From positions 1 to 42,757 of the forward strand of contig JAKSVE010000006.1 in assembly GCA_024408295.1 (NCBI GenBank): DNA of 42,757 nucleotides, written 5' to 3'. The DNA is from Bacilli bacterium. GTDB lineage: Bacteria > Bacillota_I > Bacilli_A > RFN20 > CAG-826. This document shows positions 8,948-18,669 of the stretch, one piece after another (the stretch's first letter is position 1; every line of letters begins with the position of its first letter). Position numbers and translations under genes: made by a program. The notes below the pieces were generated by a model that saw only the letters and a list, made by a program, of their open reading frames with translations, did no database searches and was not told the DNA's origin.

Positions 8948-9594
8948 ATGGTGGCATTTGAAGAAATAAAGAAATCAATACATACATTGAAAAGGCAGAC
9001 GAATCACTTAAGGCGTTAGGCTATACAGACATTCGTTTCCGCACGTTACTAAGGTGGCGTCGGATGTCGAATATATTCTTGAAACCTTGGGTTACGATTC
9101 TCATATTGTCGAACTAGGCAAAATTGCCGCATATTTGCATGACATCGGAAATTTGGTAAATAGAACTGACCATTCACAAAGCGGCGCTATTATGGCCTTT
9201 AGAATCTTGGATTATTTGGAGATGGAGCCGTCCGATATTGCTGATGTTGCAACTGCGCTAGGAAACCATGATGAAGGTAGTGGCACACCTGTTAGCCCGA
9301 TTTCTGTAGCCTTGATTTTGGCCGACAAAGCGGATGTAAGAAGATCGAGAACAAGAAACCGCGACACAATGCATTTTGACATTCACGACAGAGTCAATTA
9401 TTCGGTTAAGAAGTCTCAGCTGAAGATTAACTCAGGCCACACAATCATCAAACTTAAACTCGAAATCGATACAAAAATCAGTCCAGTAATGGATTTTTTG
9501 AAATTTTCACAAACCGCATGGTCTTGTGCAGAAAGGCCGCGGAAATGCTGGGTTTAAAGTTCAAACTAATTTTGATGAACAGTCTTTGATGTAG
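8948..9594 (+). pseudogene. HD-domain phosphohydrolase, multiply frameshifted
   Basis: The central frame has YLHDIGN, GNHDE and LILADK. The N- and C-terminal parts (EINTYIEKADESLKALGYT; EIFTNRMVLCRKAAEMLGLKFKL) lie in other frames, with apparent shifts at about 8970, 9028, 9494-9499 and 9570-9573. Confidence 0.85.
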
Positions 9595-9731
9595 GACTTC
9601 TCTGACGCGCCTACGTTTCACATAACAAATATCTATTCAAACTTGATCGTCAGTGCTAATATATATTCATAAACAAAGCCAACAATGTTAGTTACTCATT
9701 TTGGCGCCATTTAAAAGGGAGAAAAAACAAT

Positions 9732-11801
9732 ATGAAAAAGTCGTCAGCAATTTGGCTTCTTTCCGCAACAATGCTTTTAGCAGCTTGCGGCAAGCCAACC
9801 GACACACCAACTTCTTCAGTCTCTGATGAGCCAGCAAGCTCACAGAAACAGGAAGAGAGCAAGCCAGCTTCAAGCTCAGAAGCAAAGCCATCTTCATCAA
9901 GCAGCGAAGCAAAGCCATCTTCATCAAGCTCAGAGGCTAAGCCAGTTGTTCACAACCACAAGTGGGTTGCAGGAACAAAGACCGGCAAGATCACACCTGA
10001 AACATGTGATGACCACAAGGCATATCGTCTTGACGTCACAGACGCAACAGGTTGGAACAAAGCCGACACAAAGATGAACGGAAAACCAACAGCTGATGGA
10101 CCAACAGCGACATCAGAATCAGTTTGGGAAATCGAAGAAGGCCAGCTTCCAGCAGGTAAGTACGACATCGAAATCGTCGCAAAAATGACATATGCTACCC
10201 ACGGAACCAGAGTCTGGAACAACATGTGGGAAACAGAAACAGAAGCAACAGGCGATAAGGAAACAGAATCACCATATCGTTATTGGGTTGAAGTCGGCGC
10301 TACAAAGTACGATCCAAACGTCAAGGAAACATGGGCTGACATCGGTTTAACAGCAACCGAAATGAATTCAGTCAAGAACGCAACAGGCGTCACAGTTGAC
10401 TACGATCAGACAACAATCAAACTCGAGCACGGTAACATCGGATACTCATTAATCATTGAGTCAGTCCGTTTCGTCCTCATCGAAGCAGCTCCAGCTCAGG
10501 AACCAAAAGAACCAGTCGTTACATATGATGGAATCGACTTAGTCTCAGAAAACAACAAGACAATGGTCAAGATCACCGGTTCAATGGAACACGTTAAGGC
10601 TGCAAACCGCAACTTTGCATTCGCACTCGCTCACAAGAAGGTCGATAGCGTTGATGCTGGCGACGGCGGATTCATCGTCGGTTCAGAAACTCCAGCTGCA
10701 GAAGACTACAAGTATGCTCCAACAGTCAAGGCTGACGGATCATTCGAAGTCAAGGTTGACGTTTCAGAAATGACACTCACAGCAGGTGCATATTCAGTCT
10801 ATGCAGGACCTACAGGATTCTACAAAGACGTCACAGCAACATTAAGAGGCCAGTCAAACGGCTCAGCAGAAGGCAGCCAGATCGGTGGAACAAAGGCAAA
10901 ATCAAATGGATACAAGCTCTACTTCCGTGATGACGTCAACGCATTAATCGCAGACGAACTTCCACCAGTTGAACTTGTCGAAGCATTCTACGAAGCAGGC
11001 ACAGGCGACGACGCTGGCAAGACATATGTCCTTATCGGCGGTGAACTCGGCTGCACAGAAGCTGAATTCAAAGCATACACACCATTCGTACAGTTCCAGA
11101 ATACAAGCAACTGGACAAATACACGTTTAGACAACCAGCCAGGAAAGGTTGATTTAGTTGTTAGAGGAACAAAAGGATACGTCAGAGCAGACGTCTCAAC
11201 TCTTGCTCCAGGCAACTACAACACACACTTAAACATCAAGGCTAACTCACAGGCTGACTGCAAGATGGACGCAGCTCTTGACACAAAGGAAACCCCATTC
11301 TACAACGACGGAAAAGACTGGGCTGTCTACTCAAATCCAGCTGGAACTCAGCCAGCTGAATTCTGGGGTAACTTAGGACTTGTCATCGCAGCACATCCAC
11401 TTGATATCACAGAAAACGTCACATTAATCGAAGCTGAAAACGCACCAACAATCTCAGGTGGACAGGTCACAGCTAAAGAAGAAGGCTCAACAGTCTCCGG
11501 AACTGGATATGTCGCAAACATCAAGAAGGGTTCAAACTGGTGGGAACAGTCAGGATCAATTGACTTCTCTCTCAAGACCGCTGCTGATGCTACATACACA
11601 GTTGAAGTTGCATACAAAGGTGCTGCATTCGAACTCAAGATCGACGGCCAGACTAAGGGCAACTTAGGCGAAGCTGGTGATGCTTGGACAACAATCACAT
11701 CTGATCCGTTCGAACTCACAGCAGGCAAGCACACAATCACAATTGCTGGCGCTTCAAGCACTGCTGCTTCAATCGACTACATTAAGCTCATCAAGGCTTA
11801 A
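9732..11801 (+). CDS. Large surface lipoprotein with Ser-rich linker and C-terminal CBM6/CBM35-like domain
   Basis: Lipobox LAAC; SSSEAKP repeats; C-terminal IEAENA...GYV...GKHTITI...IDYIKL jelly-roll pattern. Confidence 0.8.
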   Translation: MKKSSAIWLLSATMLLAACGKPTDTPTSSVSDEPASSQKQEESKPASSSEAKPSSSSSEAKPSSSSSEAKPVVHNHKWVAGTKTGKITPETCDDHKAYRLDVTDATGWNKADTKMNGKPTADGPTATSESVWEIEEGQLPAGKYDIEIVAKMTYATHGTRVWNNMWETETEATGDKETESPYRYWVEVGATKYDPNVKETWADIGLTATEMNSVKNATGVTVDYDQTTIKLEHGNIGYSLIIESVRFVLIEAAPAQEPKEPVVTYDGIDLVSENNKTMVKITGSMEHVKAANRNFAFALAHKKVDSVDAGDGGFIVGSETPAAEDYKYAPTVKADGSFEVKVDVSEMTLTAGAYSVYAGPTGFYKDVTATLRGQSNGSAEGSQIGGTKAKSNGYKLYFRDDVNALIADELPPVELVEAFYEAGTGDDAGKTYVLIGGELGCTEAEFKAYTPFVQFQNTSNWTNTRLDNQPGKVDLVVRGTKGYVRADVSTLAPGNYNTHLNIKANSQADCKMDAALDTKETPFYNDGKDWAVYSNPAGTQPAEFWGNLGLVIAAHPLDITENVTLIEAENAPTISGGQVTAKEEGSTVSGTGYVANIKKGSNWWEQSGSIDFSLKTAADATYTVEVAYKGAAFELKIDGQTKGNLGEAGDAWTTITSDPFELTAGKHTITIAGASSTAASIDYIKLIKA
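9861..9944 (+). repeat. In-frame tandem repeat (24-27 bp x3) encoding KP(A/S)S(n)EA
   Basis: AAGCCA...GAAGCA units repeated three times. Confidence 0.9.
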
Positions 11802-11819
11802 TCAAAGTAGATTAAACAC

Positions 11820-11852
11820 AAAACGGACTCTGTCAAAAGGGTCCGTTTTTTT
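11820..11852 (+). terminator. Rho-independent terminator
   Basis: AAAACGGACTC-loop-GGGTCCGTTTT plus a T run. Confidence 0.85.
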
Positions 11853-11943
11853 GTTTGCCAAATCATCGGCCTGCTTGCAAACAAATCGGTTTTTCTGATT
11901 CTTCTCCCTAACAATGTTTATTCGTTTGTGATATAAAAATGGT

Positions 11944-13326
11944 ATGTCTATATTAGCAGCATTTATTACACCTCATCCCGTCACTTCCATTCCGGAAATC
12001 GGAAAAGGAGAAGAGGACATTATCTACAAAACCGTCGCGTCTTTAGAAAGAGTTGGCAAAAGGATTGCACAGCTTGAGCCTGATACGATTGTTTTGATTA
12101 GCGCTCACGCAGAATCATATTCTGACTACTTTCAAATTAGTGATGGTGACGTTGCAATCGGGTCTTTGGCGCGTTTTGGTGGGGCTAATATCACTTTTAG
12201 AAATTATTACGACAGACGTTTCGTCAAGGCTCTATGTGAAATGTGTGAAGAGGAAGGCTTCCCTGCAGGAATTGATTCGGAAGTTCACCATTATCTCGAC
12301 CACGGAACGATGATTCCTCTATATTTTATTAATCAGCAATACAGGGCATACAATCTAGTGCGTCTTGGTATATCCGGCACTAGTTTGCATTCTCATTATA
12401 GACTCGGAGAGCTCATCAAAAAGGTGTCGAATAAGCTCGGAAGGAAGACTGTTGTTGTCGCTTCCGGCGATTTATCTCATTGCCTTACCCATGATGCTCC
12501 TTATGGATTTAATGAGATGGGCGTTAAGTATGACACCAGAATGATTAAATCTCTCGAAACTGCCAATTTTATGGATTTATTTGGTTTCGGTGAGGATTTG
12601 ATAGATATTTCGAAGCAGTGTATCCATAGAGCGGCATGTATCATGGCTGGCATTTTGGATAGACAATCAATAGAAACGAAAATCTATTCATATGAAAAAC
12701 CACAGGGTGTTGGACTATGTGTAGCAGAATTTGTCACAGGCGGAATGGATGCCTCTAGAGCGTTTGGCGACATATATCGTTCAAGACAACTTATGGAAGT
12801 GGATAGAGTCAAGCAAAACGAAGACGAGTATGTTAAGTTGGCAAGACAGGCAATCGAGAATTATGTCAAGACCTCCACAAAGCTAAGAATCCCGTCAAAC
12901 ATTCCATCTGAGATGCTTGGGGAGTCCAAAGGAGTATTTGTCACGATAAGACAAAACGGAGCCTTACGCGGCTGTTTAGGCTCAACAAAACCGATAGCCA
13001 AGAATTTGGCACAGGAAATTATCACGAATGCCATGAAAGCTGCGACCGAGGATCCTAGATTCGATGAGTTAAATGAAGAGGACCTCCCATATATCTTTAT
13101 ATCGGTCGATGTTATTTATGATCTGATCGAGGTTAAGTCTGTTACGGATCTTGATCCAAAGATTTATGGAGTGGTGGTGGAGCAAGGGAAACGCCACGCT
13201 ACTCTTCTTCCTGGACTTGCAAGTGTCACTACTTCAGAAGAGCAACTCGCTCTCGCAAAAAGAAAAGCAGGCATTCCTCAAAACGAGAAATGCAGGCTTT
13301 ATAGATTTAGTGTTCAGCATCATTAA
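11944..13326 (+). CDS. Fused LigB/MEMO-like and AMMECR1 domain protein (AmmeMemoRadiSam B-A type)
   Basis: N-terminal PHP, DHG and SGDLSH; C-terminal GVFVT, LRGCLG, DPRF and LLP. Confidence 0.88.
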   Translation: MSILAAFITPHPVTSIPEIGKGEEDIIYKTVASLERVGKRIAQLEPDTIVLISAHAESYSDYFQISDGDVAIGSLARFGGANITFRNYYDRRFVKALCEMCEEEGFPAGIDSEVHHYLDHGTMIPLYFINQQYRAYNLVRLGISGTSLHSHYRLGELIKKVSNKLGRKTVVVASGDLSHCLTHDAPYGFNEMGVKYDTRMIKSLETANFMDLFGFGEDLIDISKQCIHRAACIMAGILDRQSIETKIYSYEKPQGVGLCVAEFVTGGMDASRAFGDIYRSRQLMEVDRVKQNEDEYVKLARQAIENYVKTSTKLRIPSNIPSEMLGESKGVFVTIRQNGALRGCLGSTKPIAKNLAQEIITNAMKAATEDPRFDELNEEDLPYIFISVDVIYDLIEVKSVTDLDPKIYGVVVEQGKRHATLLPGLASVTTSEEQLALAKRKAGIPQNEKCRLYRFSVQHH

Positions 13327-13760
13327 TCTCGCTTCTTGCGGGATTTTTTAACGCGCAAAACCCTCATCATTTCGATTTTTTGCACAGAATTCTCCTCGAT
13401 TATTTCTCCGCCGAGATGCTCTGTAAACCCTAGTTTCTTGTAGTGTTTTTCGAACTCTGGGGCCACTCTGATTAAAGAGTTCATCCCACCGATTTCTCTG
13501 ATTTTGGTTTCCGCAAATCTCAAGGTATATTGCGCAATCATCTGATGCCTTAGTGGCTGAAGGACAGCAATGTTTTGCACCAAGTAGTTTTCAGGGTCTA
13601 CTTCGACTATTTCGCAACAGGAAATAGGCGTGCTATTTAACATCACAGTTAGATAAATGGTGTATGTCTCCTTGTTTGGTTCAATTTCATTCTTGAAGAC
13701 GGAGTTCCACACTGAGAGAAACTCGTTGGATGGCTTATATTCGAATTTCGGTGTTACCAT
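13323..13760 (-). CDS. GNAT-family acetyltransferase-like protein
   Basis: IAVLQPLRHQMIA (degenerate motif A) and HYKKLGF. Start moved to ATG 13760. Confidence 0.7.
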   Translation of the reverse strand: MVTPKFEYKPSNEFLSVWNSVFKNEIEPNKETYTIYLTVMLNSTPISCCEIVEVDPENYLVQNIAVLQPLRHQMIAQYTLRFAETKIREIGGMNSLIRVAPEFEKHYKKLGFTEHLGGEIIEENSVQKIEMMRVLRVKKSRKKRD

Positions 13761-13833
13761 GCATGCATTGTATTCTATTTTTAGGAGACATGTCCAAACT
13801 TTTATAAAGTTGAGTTTGTGATACACTAATGGC

Positions 13834-14457
13834 ATGAACATCAAGAACCTTTTTAAAGATTATAGAAAACTGCTCGCAATCACATTTGCGATTTTAGGAG
13901 CTGCATTTGTTGTTGCTGATTTTGGTGTAAGTATCACCATGTCCTATATGGCTCATGACTATTCGTCTAATGTCGTGTTCACGTTCATAAACTTCGCTAT
14001 TATGTGTTTGGTCTGCTTTCATTTGCTAAACGGTAATATAAATAGCAATTATTCTGCCTATCGTGGGATGGCCATGTTTATTTTCCTTATTACCTTTGGC
14101 TATGCTGAAACCGTATTGATCAACGCTCCATTACTGGTTGCTAGTATTATCAATTTCGATATTATCACCCTTGCCGTTTTGCTTCTCATGATTGGTGCGG
14201 TAGTGGTTGGCATTCTATCTTATATTCGCGTTAGGAGATTCCTTTATAGAAGAAACGTCACATATAGATCTCTATTTTGGCTCACATTTGCGTTTACTGC
14301 GATTGTGGTTGTTTCCTCGCTACTCCTTACGGTTCTTCTGATAATACTCAACGGTTCGTTTAAACCAAGTTATCTGGATTATGCAAGCTTAGGCGATGCT
14401 TTCCTATCGATATCGGTCTTGTTTACCGTCACAAGACTTAGTCCTAGATATTATTAG
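13834..14457 (+). CDS. Hypothetical multi-pass membrane protein
   Basis: 207 aa, about 6 hydrophobic segments. Confidence 0.75.
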   Translation: MNIKNLFKDYRKLLAITFAILGAAFVVADFGVSITMSYMAHDYSSNVVFTFINFAIMCLVCFHLLNGNINSNYSAYRGMAMFIFLITFGYAETVLINAPLLVASIINFDIITLAVLLLMIGAVVVGILSYIRVRRFLYRRNVTYRSLFWLTFAFTAIVVVSSLLLTVLLIILNGSFKPSYLDYASLGDAFLSISVLFTVTRLSPRYY

Positions 14458-14500
14458 TTTTCTTGTTAGTTTGACTGACTTAGTCTATATTTATCTAGCC

Positions 14501-14576
14501 GCCGACTTAGCTCAGTTGGTAGAGCAGCTCCCTCGTAAAGAGCAGGTCGCTGGTTCGAGTCCGGTAGTCGGCACCA
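14501..14576 (+). tRNA. tRNA-Thr(CGT)
   Basis: Cloverleaf; loop CTCGTAA; CCA; terminator at about 14583-14607. Confidence 0.93.
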
Positions 14577-14687
14577 TTTAAGAAATCAGCCGCAAGGTTG
14601 ATTTTTTATAATTTGCTCTTGTCTAATTAATCTTTAGTGCATATAATACCTTTCGCGTTAATCGAGAGGTTAACGGAACATACATCT

Positions 14688-14763
14688 GGGTGTTTAGCTC
14701 AGCTGGGAGAGCATCTGTTTGACGTACAGAAGGTCAGGGGTTCGATTCCCTTAGCACCCACCA
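14688..14763 (+). tRNA. tRNA-Val(GAC)
   Basis: Arm TCTGT-TTGACGT-ACAGA; CCA; terminator at about 14776-14800. Confidence 0.95.
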
Positions 14764-14865
14764 GATGAATAAGATAACGTCCGAGAGGACGTTTTTTCTT
14801 TGTTTAGCTCTTTATTGAGCTGAACAATTGTTTTACAATAGGTCACGAGTTCTAGGAGAAAAATT

Positions 14866-15105
14866 ATGCCAGTCACAAAAGCAGCACCAACAAAGGTCTA
14901 TCATGTTTCTCAGACCGAAGATAAGACAATGTGGAGAGTCACACTTGCCGGAGGATCAAAACTCGATAGCGGCAAAGCTAAGATCATAAAGACTTTTAAG
15001 ACACAGAAAGAAGCAATCGCATACGCTGAATCTCTTGGCGATGGAGAGAACACCGTTTTAGTTCACAAGAAGGGCTCAAATGGCGGTGGCATCCGTAAGC
15101 ACTAA
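14866..15105 (+). CDS. DUF2188-like small basic protein
   Basis: YHVS...WRV...FKTQKEAIAYA...LVHKK pattern; AGGAG Shine-Dalgarno site. Confidence 0.8.
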   Translation: MPVTKAAPTKVYHVSQTEDKTMWRVTLAGGSKLDSGKAKIIKTFKTQKEAIAYAESLGDGENTVLVHKKGSNGGGIRKH

Positions 15106-15144
15106 TCTATTTTAATCCAAAGACCTTTATATTGAGGTTTTTGT

Positions 15145-15218
15145 GCACCTGTAATTTAGTGGTAGAATTCCATCTTCCCAAGTTGGCTGTACGGGTTCGA
15201 TTCCCGCCAGGTGCTCCA
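15145..15218 (+). tRNA. tRNA-Gly(CCC)
   Basis: Loop TTCCCAA, U73, CCA; one mismatch each in the anticodon and T stems. Confidence 0.9.
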
Positions 15219-15254
15219 ATCATATTAAAACGGCCTTTTGCGGCCGTTTTTCAC

Positions 15255-15791
15255 TTATTTTCTCGATTTTTTCTTGTTGTGTTTCTCTTTTCTTTCTTCT
15301 CTAGACTTTATTCTTTTTGCGAGTTTTGCCGTCGCTATTATGAATGAGACAAGACCAAATATTATAGAGATTACGGAGAAGCTTGCGACGATGATGTCGT
15401 ATAAAGGTTTTCCGATGAGGTTGAATAGAAGCATTATCGGCACAATCACCTTAATTACTTTGATTAAATATTTGGTGTTGTAGACGGTTTCCTTTATGGC
15501 CCAATCATCTTTCCCTTTCAGTCTTGCTCTTAGAAGGATGTAGTAGAGGAGCAGCACAACTAAATACATAGAGGATGCCACCATGAGTATTATGACTGGG
15601 ATGGTAAAACCACTAGATAGAATTTTGAAAAGAATGCCTATCAGAGAGAAAGCAAGTGTAGCCAATAATATTGATGCGCTCCATATGAATTTGATGATGT
15701 TTATTCCGTTGGAAAACGCCTTTTTTGGCTTTGTTATAAACATGTCGAGTATGGAATTGTCTTCTCTTTCTTCCGCAATTTCTTTTCTCAT
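15255..15791 (-). CDS. Hypothetical membrane protein (4 TM)
   Basis: Four hydrophobic segments, basic tail, -10 box upstream. Confidence 0.7.
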   Translation of the reverse strand: MRKEIAEEREDNSILDMFITKPKKAFSNGINIIKFIWSASILLATLAFSLIGILFKILSSGFTIPVIILMVASSMYLVVLLLYYILLRARLKGKDDWAIKETVYNTKYLIKVIKVIVPIMLLFNLIGKPLYDIIVASFSVISIIFGLVSFIIATAKLAKRIKSREERKEKHNKKKSRK

Positions 15792-15891
15792 AGTGAAATT
15801 ATCTCATAATCTCTATTTATAGTAGAGCGTTATTATTTTATGTTTACAAACGAATGTAATTTGTATAAATTACCACGTGGAGGAAACACAT

Positions 15892-17313
15892 ATGTTACTT
15901 AACGGTATTTTGGCCTCATCGACTGAATGGAACTTCAGTATGGCTAACTATGGCGCAGTCTGGGGCGGATTGGTCCAGATTGGTCTTGTCGTTATTTCTT
16001 TGTTCTTGGGAAACATGCTCAGAAACCTCATTCCTTTTCTAAGAAAATCGCTTATCCCATCAGCTTTAATTGGCGGAACAATATTGTTAATCATCAGCAT
16101 TATCTGCAATCAGCTTGGTTTCCATCTTGTTGATAAACAGTTTATGCAGGTTCTTACATATCATGGACTTGGAATCGGATTCGTCGCAATGACGCTTAAG
16201 ACTTCCAAAGCAACAACAAAAGCCGGAAAGATTAAGGTGGTTGAGACTGGCTTATTGACCGGTGGTACATACATGCTTCAGGCTCTATTAGGTTTGGGCA
16301 TTACAATTATCCTCTTCCTTGCAGGCTCTGGGTTCTATGCTTCAGGTCTTATCCTTCCTTTAGGATACGGTCAGGGCCCAGGTAATGCTCTAGCATGGGA
16401 TATCAACTACACAAATGACTATCCAACCATGTTCAGTGGAAACGGAAGCTTTGGCTTATCTATCGCATCAATCGGCTTCATTGTCGCTTCTGTTGTTGGT
16501 GTTGCATTCATTAACATCAAGAGAAAGAGTGGCAAGATCACAACCGTTGGAGAGATCAAAGAACAAGAAGAAATCTATGCAGAATCCGGAGAAATTCCAA
16601 GTTCTGAATCAATCGATAAGTTCTCAGTTCAGGTTGGCTTAGTTGCTATCGCATACGCTTTATCATTCGGATTCATGGTCCTCCTCGGCTTGATTTCGGA
16701 ATTCACAAACAACCTCGCATGGGGATTCAACTTCCTCTGGGGCGTCTTTGCCGCAATGCTTGTAAAGCTCGTGCTTAAGCTATTGATGAAGGGCAAACTC
16801 GTTAAGAGAAACTACATCAACAACTACCAGATGGATAGAATCTCAGGATTCTGCTTCGACGTCATGGTCGTTGCCGGAGTTGCCGCTATTGAGATCAAGG
16901 ATGTCATGAACTACATCCTTCCAATCATCCTTCTCTGTTTGGTTGGCGCTCTTGCATCCTATGTTTATATCAGATTCGTTACAAAACATTGCTTCAAGGG
17001 CTATGAGCACGAAGCGTTCGTCATGCATTTTGCAACATATACTGGTACAGCTTCAAACGGTATGATTCTCTTGAGAGAAGTAGATCCAAACCTCGAGACT
17101 CCTGTTGCAAATCTCTACGTTATGTCACAGGTCATCGCTATGGTCTCAGCAGCTCCATTGCTTTTATTGCTTGGTTTTGCTGGTAAGTCATTGACTAATT
17201 CGTTAATTGCTCTTGGCGTCTTTGCCGTCTTATTTATCGCGTACACATTGTTCTTATTCAGAAAACTCATCTTCAAAAAGAAAAAGGCTGAACCAGAGGT
17301 AGTAAATGAGTAA
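15892..17313 (+). CDS. Sodium/glutamate symporter (GltS/ESS family)
   Basis: IPSALIGG, GYGQGPG and TGTASNGMILLREVDP motifs; about 12 TM. Start moved to ATG 15892 after GGAGG. Confidence 0.85.
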   Translation: MLLNGILASSTEWNFSMANYGAVWGGLVQIGLVVISLFLGNMLRNLIPFLRKSLIPSALIGGTILLIISIICNQLGFHLVDKQFMQVLTYHGLGIGFVAMTLKTSKATTKAGKIKVVETGLLTGGTYMLQALLGLGITIILFLAGSGFYASGLILPLGYGQGPGNALAWDINYTNDYPTMFSGNGSFGLSIASIGFIVASVVGVAFINIKRKSGKITTVGEIKEQEEIYAESGEIPSSESIDKFSVQVGLVAIAYALSFGFMVLLGLISEFTNNLAWGFNFLWGVFAAMLVKLVLKLLMKGKLVKRNYINNYQMDRISGFCFDVMVVAGVAAIEIKDVMNYILPIILLCLVGALASYVYIRFVTKHCFKGYEHEAFVMHFATYTGTASNGMILLREVDPNLETPVANLYVMSQVIAMVSAAPLLLLLGFAGKSLTNSLIALGVFAVLFIAYTLFLFRKLIFKKKKAEPEVVNE

Positions 17314-18502
17314 ACAAAAGAACCAATTGGTTTTGAAAAGACACCGCTTTTACAGCGTTCTTTTTCGCCCAATCATGGCGTTGTTCAATCTTGTTGCCGT
17401 CGGCTGCAAGGTCAAGACAACCAAATTGAAGAAGGGCGAGAATGTCCTTGTTCTTTCTAATCACCAAACAGATTTAGATCCTGTCATAATGTACCTGTCG
17501 TTCAATAAGCCAATGTACTTGGTTGCGACCGACACATTGCTTTCAAACGGTGGGATGTCAAAGTTCTTGCGCCATACTTATTCCCCTCTTCCGAAGAAGA
17601 AGGGCATGTCCGATATTCAGAATGTAATGGACATGATTCGCGTTGCAAAAGAAGGCGGAAGTATCGCGCTCTTCCCTGAGGGCAATAGAACATACGCCGA
17701 ATTCCAGTTCCCGATTGATGTTGCAACCGTTAAGCTTATTAGAAAACTTAAATTGCCTGTCCTCTTATACAACATCAAAGGGGGAAACGGAGTAATGCCT
17801 CGTTTCTTCTTTAAGAGAAGAAAAGGCAAATTCACCGGTGAAGTCGTAAAACGTCTCGAAGTGGATGAATATTCCAAGATGAGCGATGACGAACTTCTTG
17901 CTGTTGTAAAGGATACAATCAAGGTCTACGACTCCGAATCAGGAGAGCTTTATAAATCTAAGAACAGAGCGATGTACATGGAGAATATGTTCCACGTCTG
18001 TCCAAAGTGCGGATCCGTTTCGAAACTCCATTCCGAAGGTAACTATCTAACTTGCTCCGAATGTGGCTTAAAAGTGGAATACACTGAAGATCTGCATCTA
18101 AAATCAGATGACGAATCATTCAAATATACCAAATTGATTGAATGGTACGACATGCAGAAGGAGTGGACTAGAAATTACGAGCTAAAACCTGGCGAAACTA
18201 TCTTCGAGGATGAAGGCGTGAAGCTCTATCAAATCGAACTTTATAAGAAACGCAGACTCGTCATCGAATCAAAGATGGCCCTCACAAATGAAGAATTGAT
18301 ATTTGGCCACGCTCATTTCAAGGTGTCTGACATCATTGTCGCATCTCCTATTGGAGGAAGGCGCATGTCGTTCACATGCAATGGTAAGAACTATCTCATC
18401 ATGTCAAACAAGAGGTTTAACCCTCTTAAATATATCTTAATGCTGAATAAACTCGATTCTGGTATTAAGAGAATAGGCTACGACCACAATTACTCTTTAT
18501 AA
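17306..18502 (+). CDS. 1-acyl-sn-glycerol-3-phosphate acyltransferase (PlsC-like) with Zn-ribbon extension
   Basis: NHQTDLD, FPEGNRT; CPKC...CSEC. Confidence 0.88.
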   Translation: MSKQKNQLVLKRHRFYSVLFRPIMALFNLVAVGCKVKTTKLKKGENVLVLSNHQTDLDPVIMYLSFNKPMYLVATDTLLSNGGMSKFLRHTYSPLPKKKGMSDIQNVMDMIRVAKEGGSIALFPEGNRTYAEFQFPIDVATVKLIRKLKLPVLLYNIKGGNGVMPRFFFKRRKGKFTGEVVKRLEVDEYSKMSDDELLAVVKDTIKVYDSESGELYKSKNRAMYMENMFHVCPKCGSVSKLHSEGNYLTCSECGLKVEYTEDLHLKSDDESFKYTKLIEWYDMQKEWTRNYELKPGETIFEDEGVKLYQIELYKKRRLVIESKMALTNEELIFGHAHFKVSDIIVASPIGGRRMSFTCNGKNYLIMSNKRFNPLKYILMLNKLDSGIKRIGYDHNYSL

Positions 18503-18506
18503 ATAG

Positions 18507-18533
18507 AGGCGATGTCTGATAACGTCGCCTTTT
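18507..18533 (+). terminator. Rho-independent terminator
   Basis: AGGCGATGT-loop-ACGTCGCCT plus a T run. Confidence 0.75.
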
Positions 18534-18669
18534 ACTTTTGTTTTCGAGCATTCTAAGACGCATATTCCTTTATGTTGCATAGATTTCTGTTCTCAGTCGT
18601 CAGGTCTCCTATAATGCTTAGAATCGCATAAAGAAAAGCACCCCTGAGGATGCTTGACTGTTTAGTTTA

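Noticed and set aside
9672-9706. Small hairpin GCCAACAATG/CATTTTGGC in the lipoprotein leader as a riboswitch
   Set aside because: Too short, and I recognised no aptamer consensus.
9861-9944. Tandem repeats as a possible CRISPR array
   Set aside because: In-frame coding repeats with no spacers; no cas genes or arrays seen in the window.
15255-15320. Lys/Arg-rich C-terminal tails on several minus-strand genes
   Set aside because: Plausibly cytoplasmic positive tails or a by-product of T-rich sequence near convergent terminators; no shared motif.
18545-18630. ATTCTAAG...CTTAGAAT inverted repeat between convergent terminators as a MITE
   Set aside because: Only 8 bp, single copy in the window, no target duplication.
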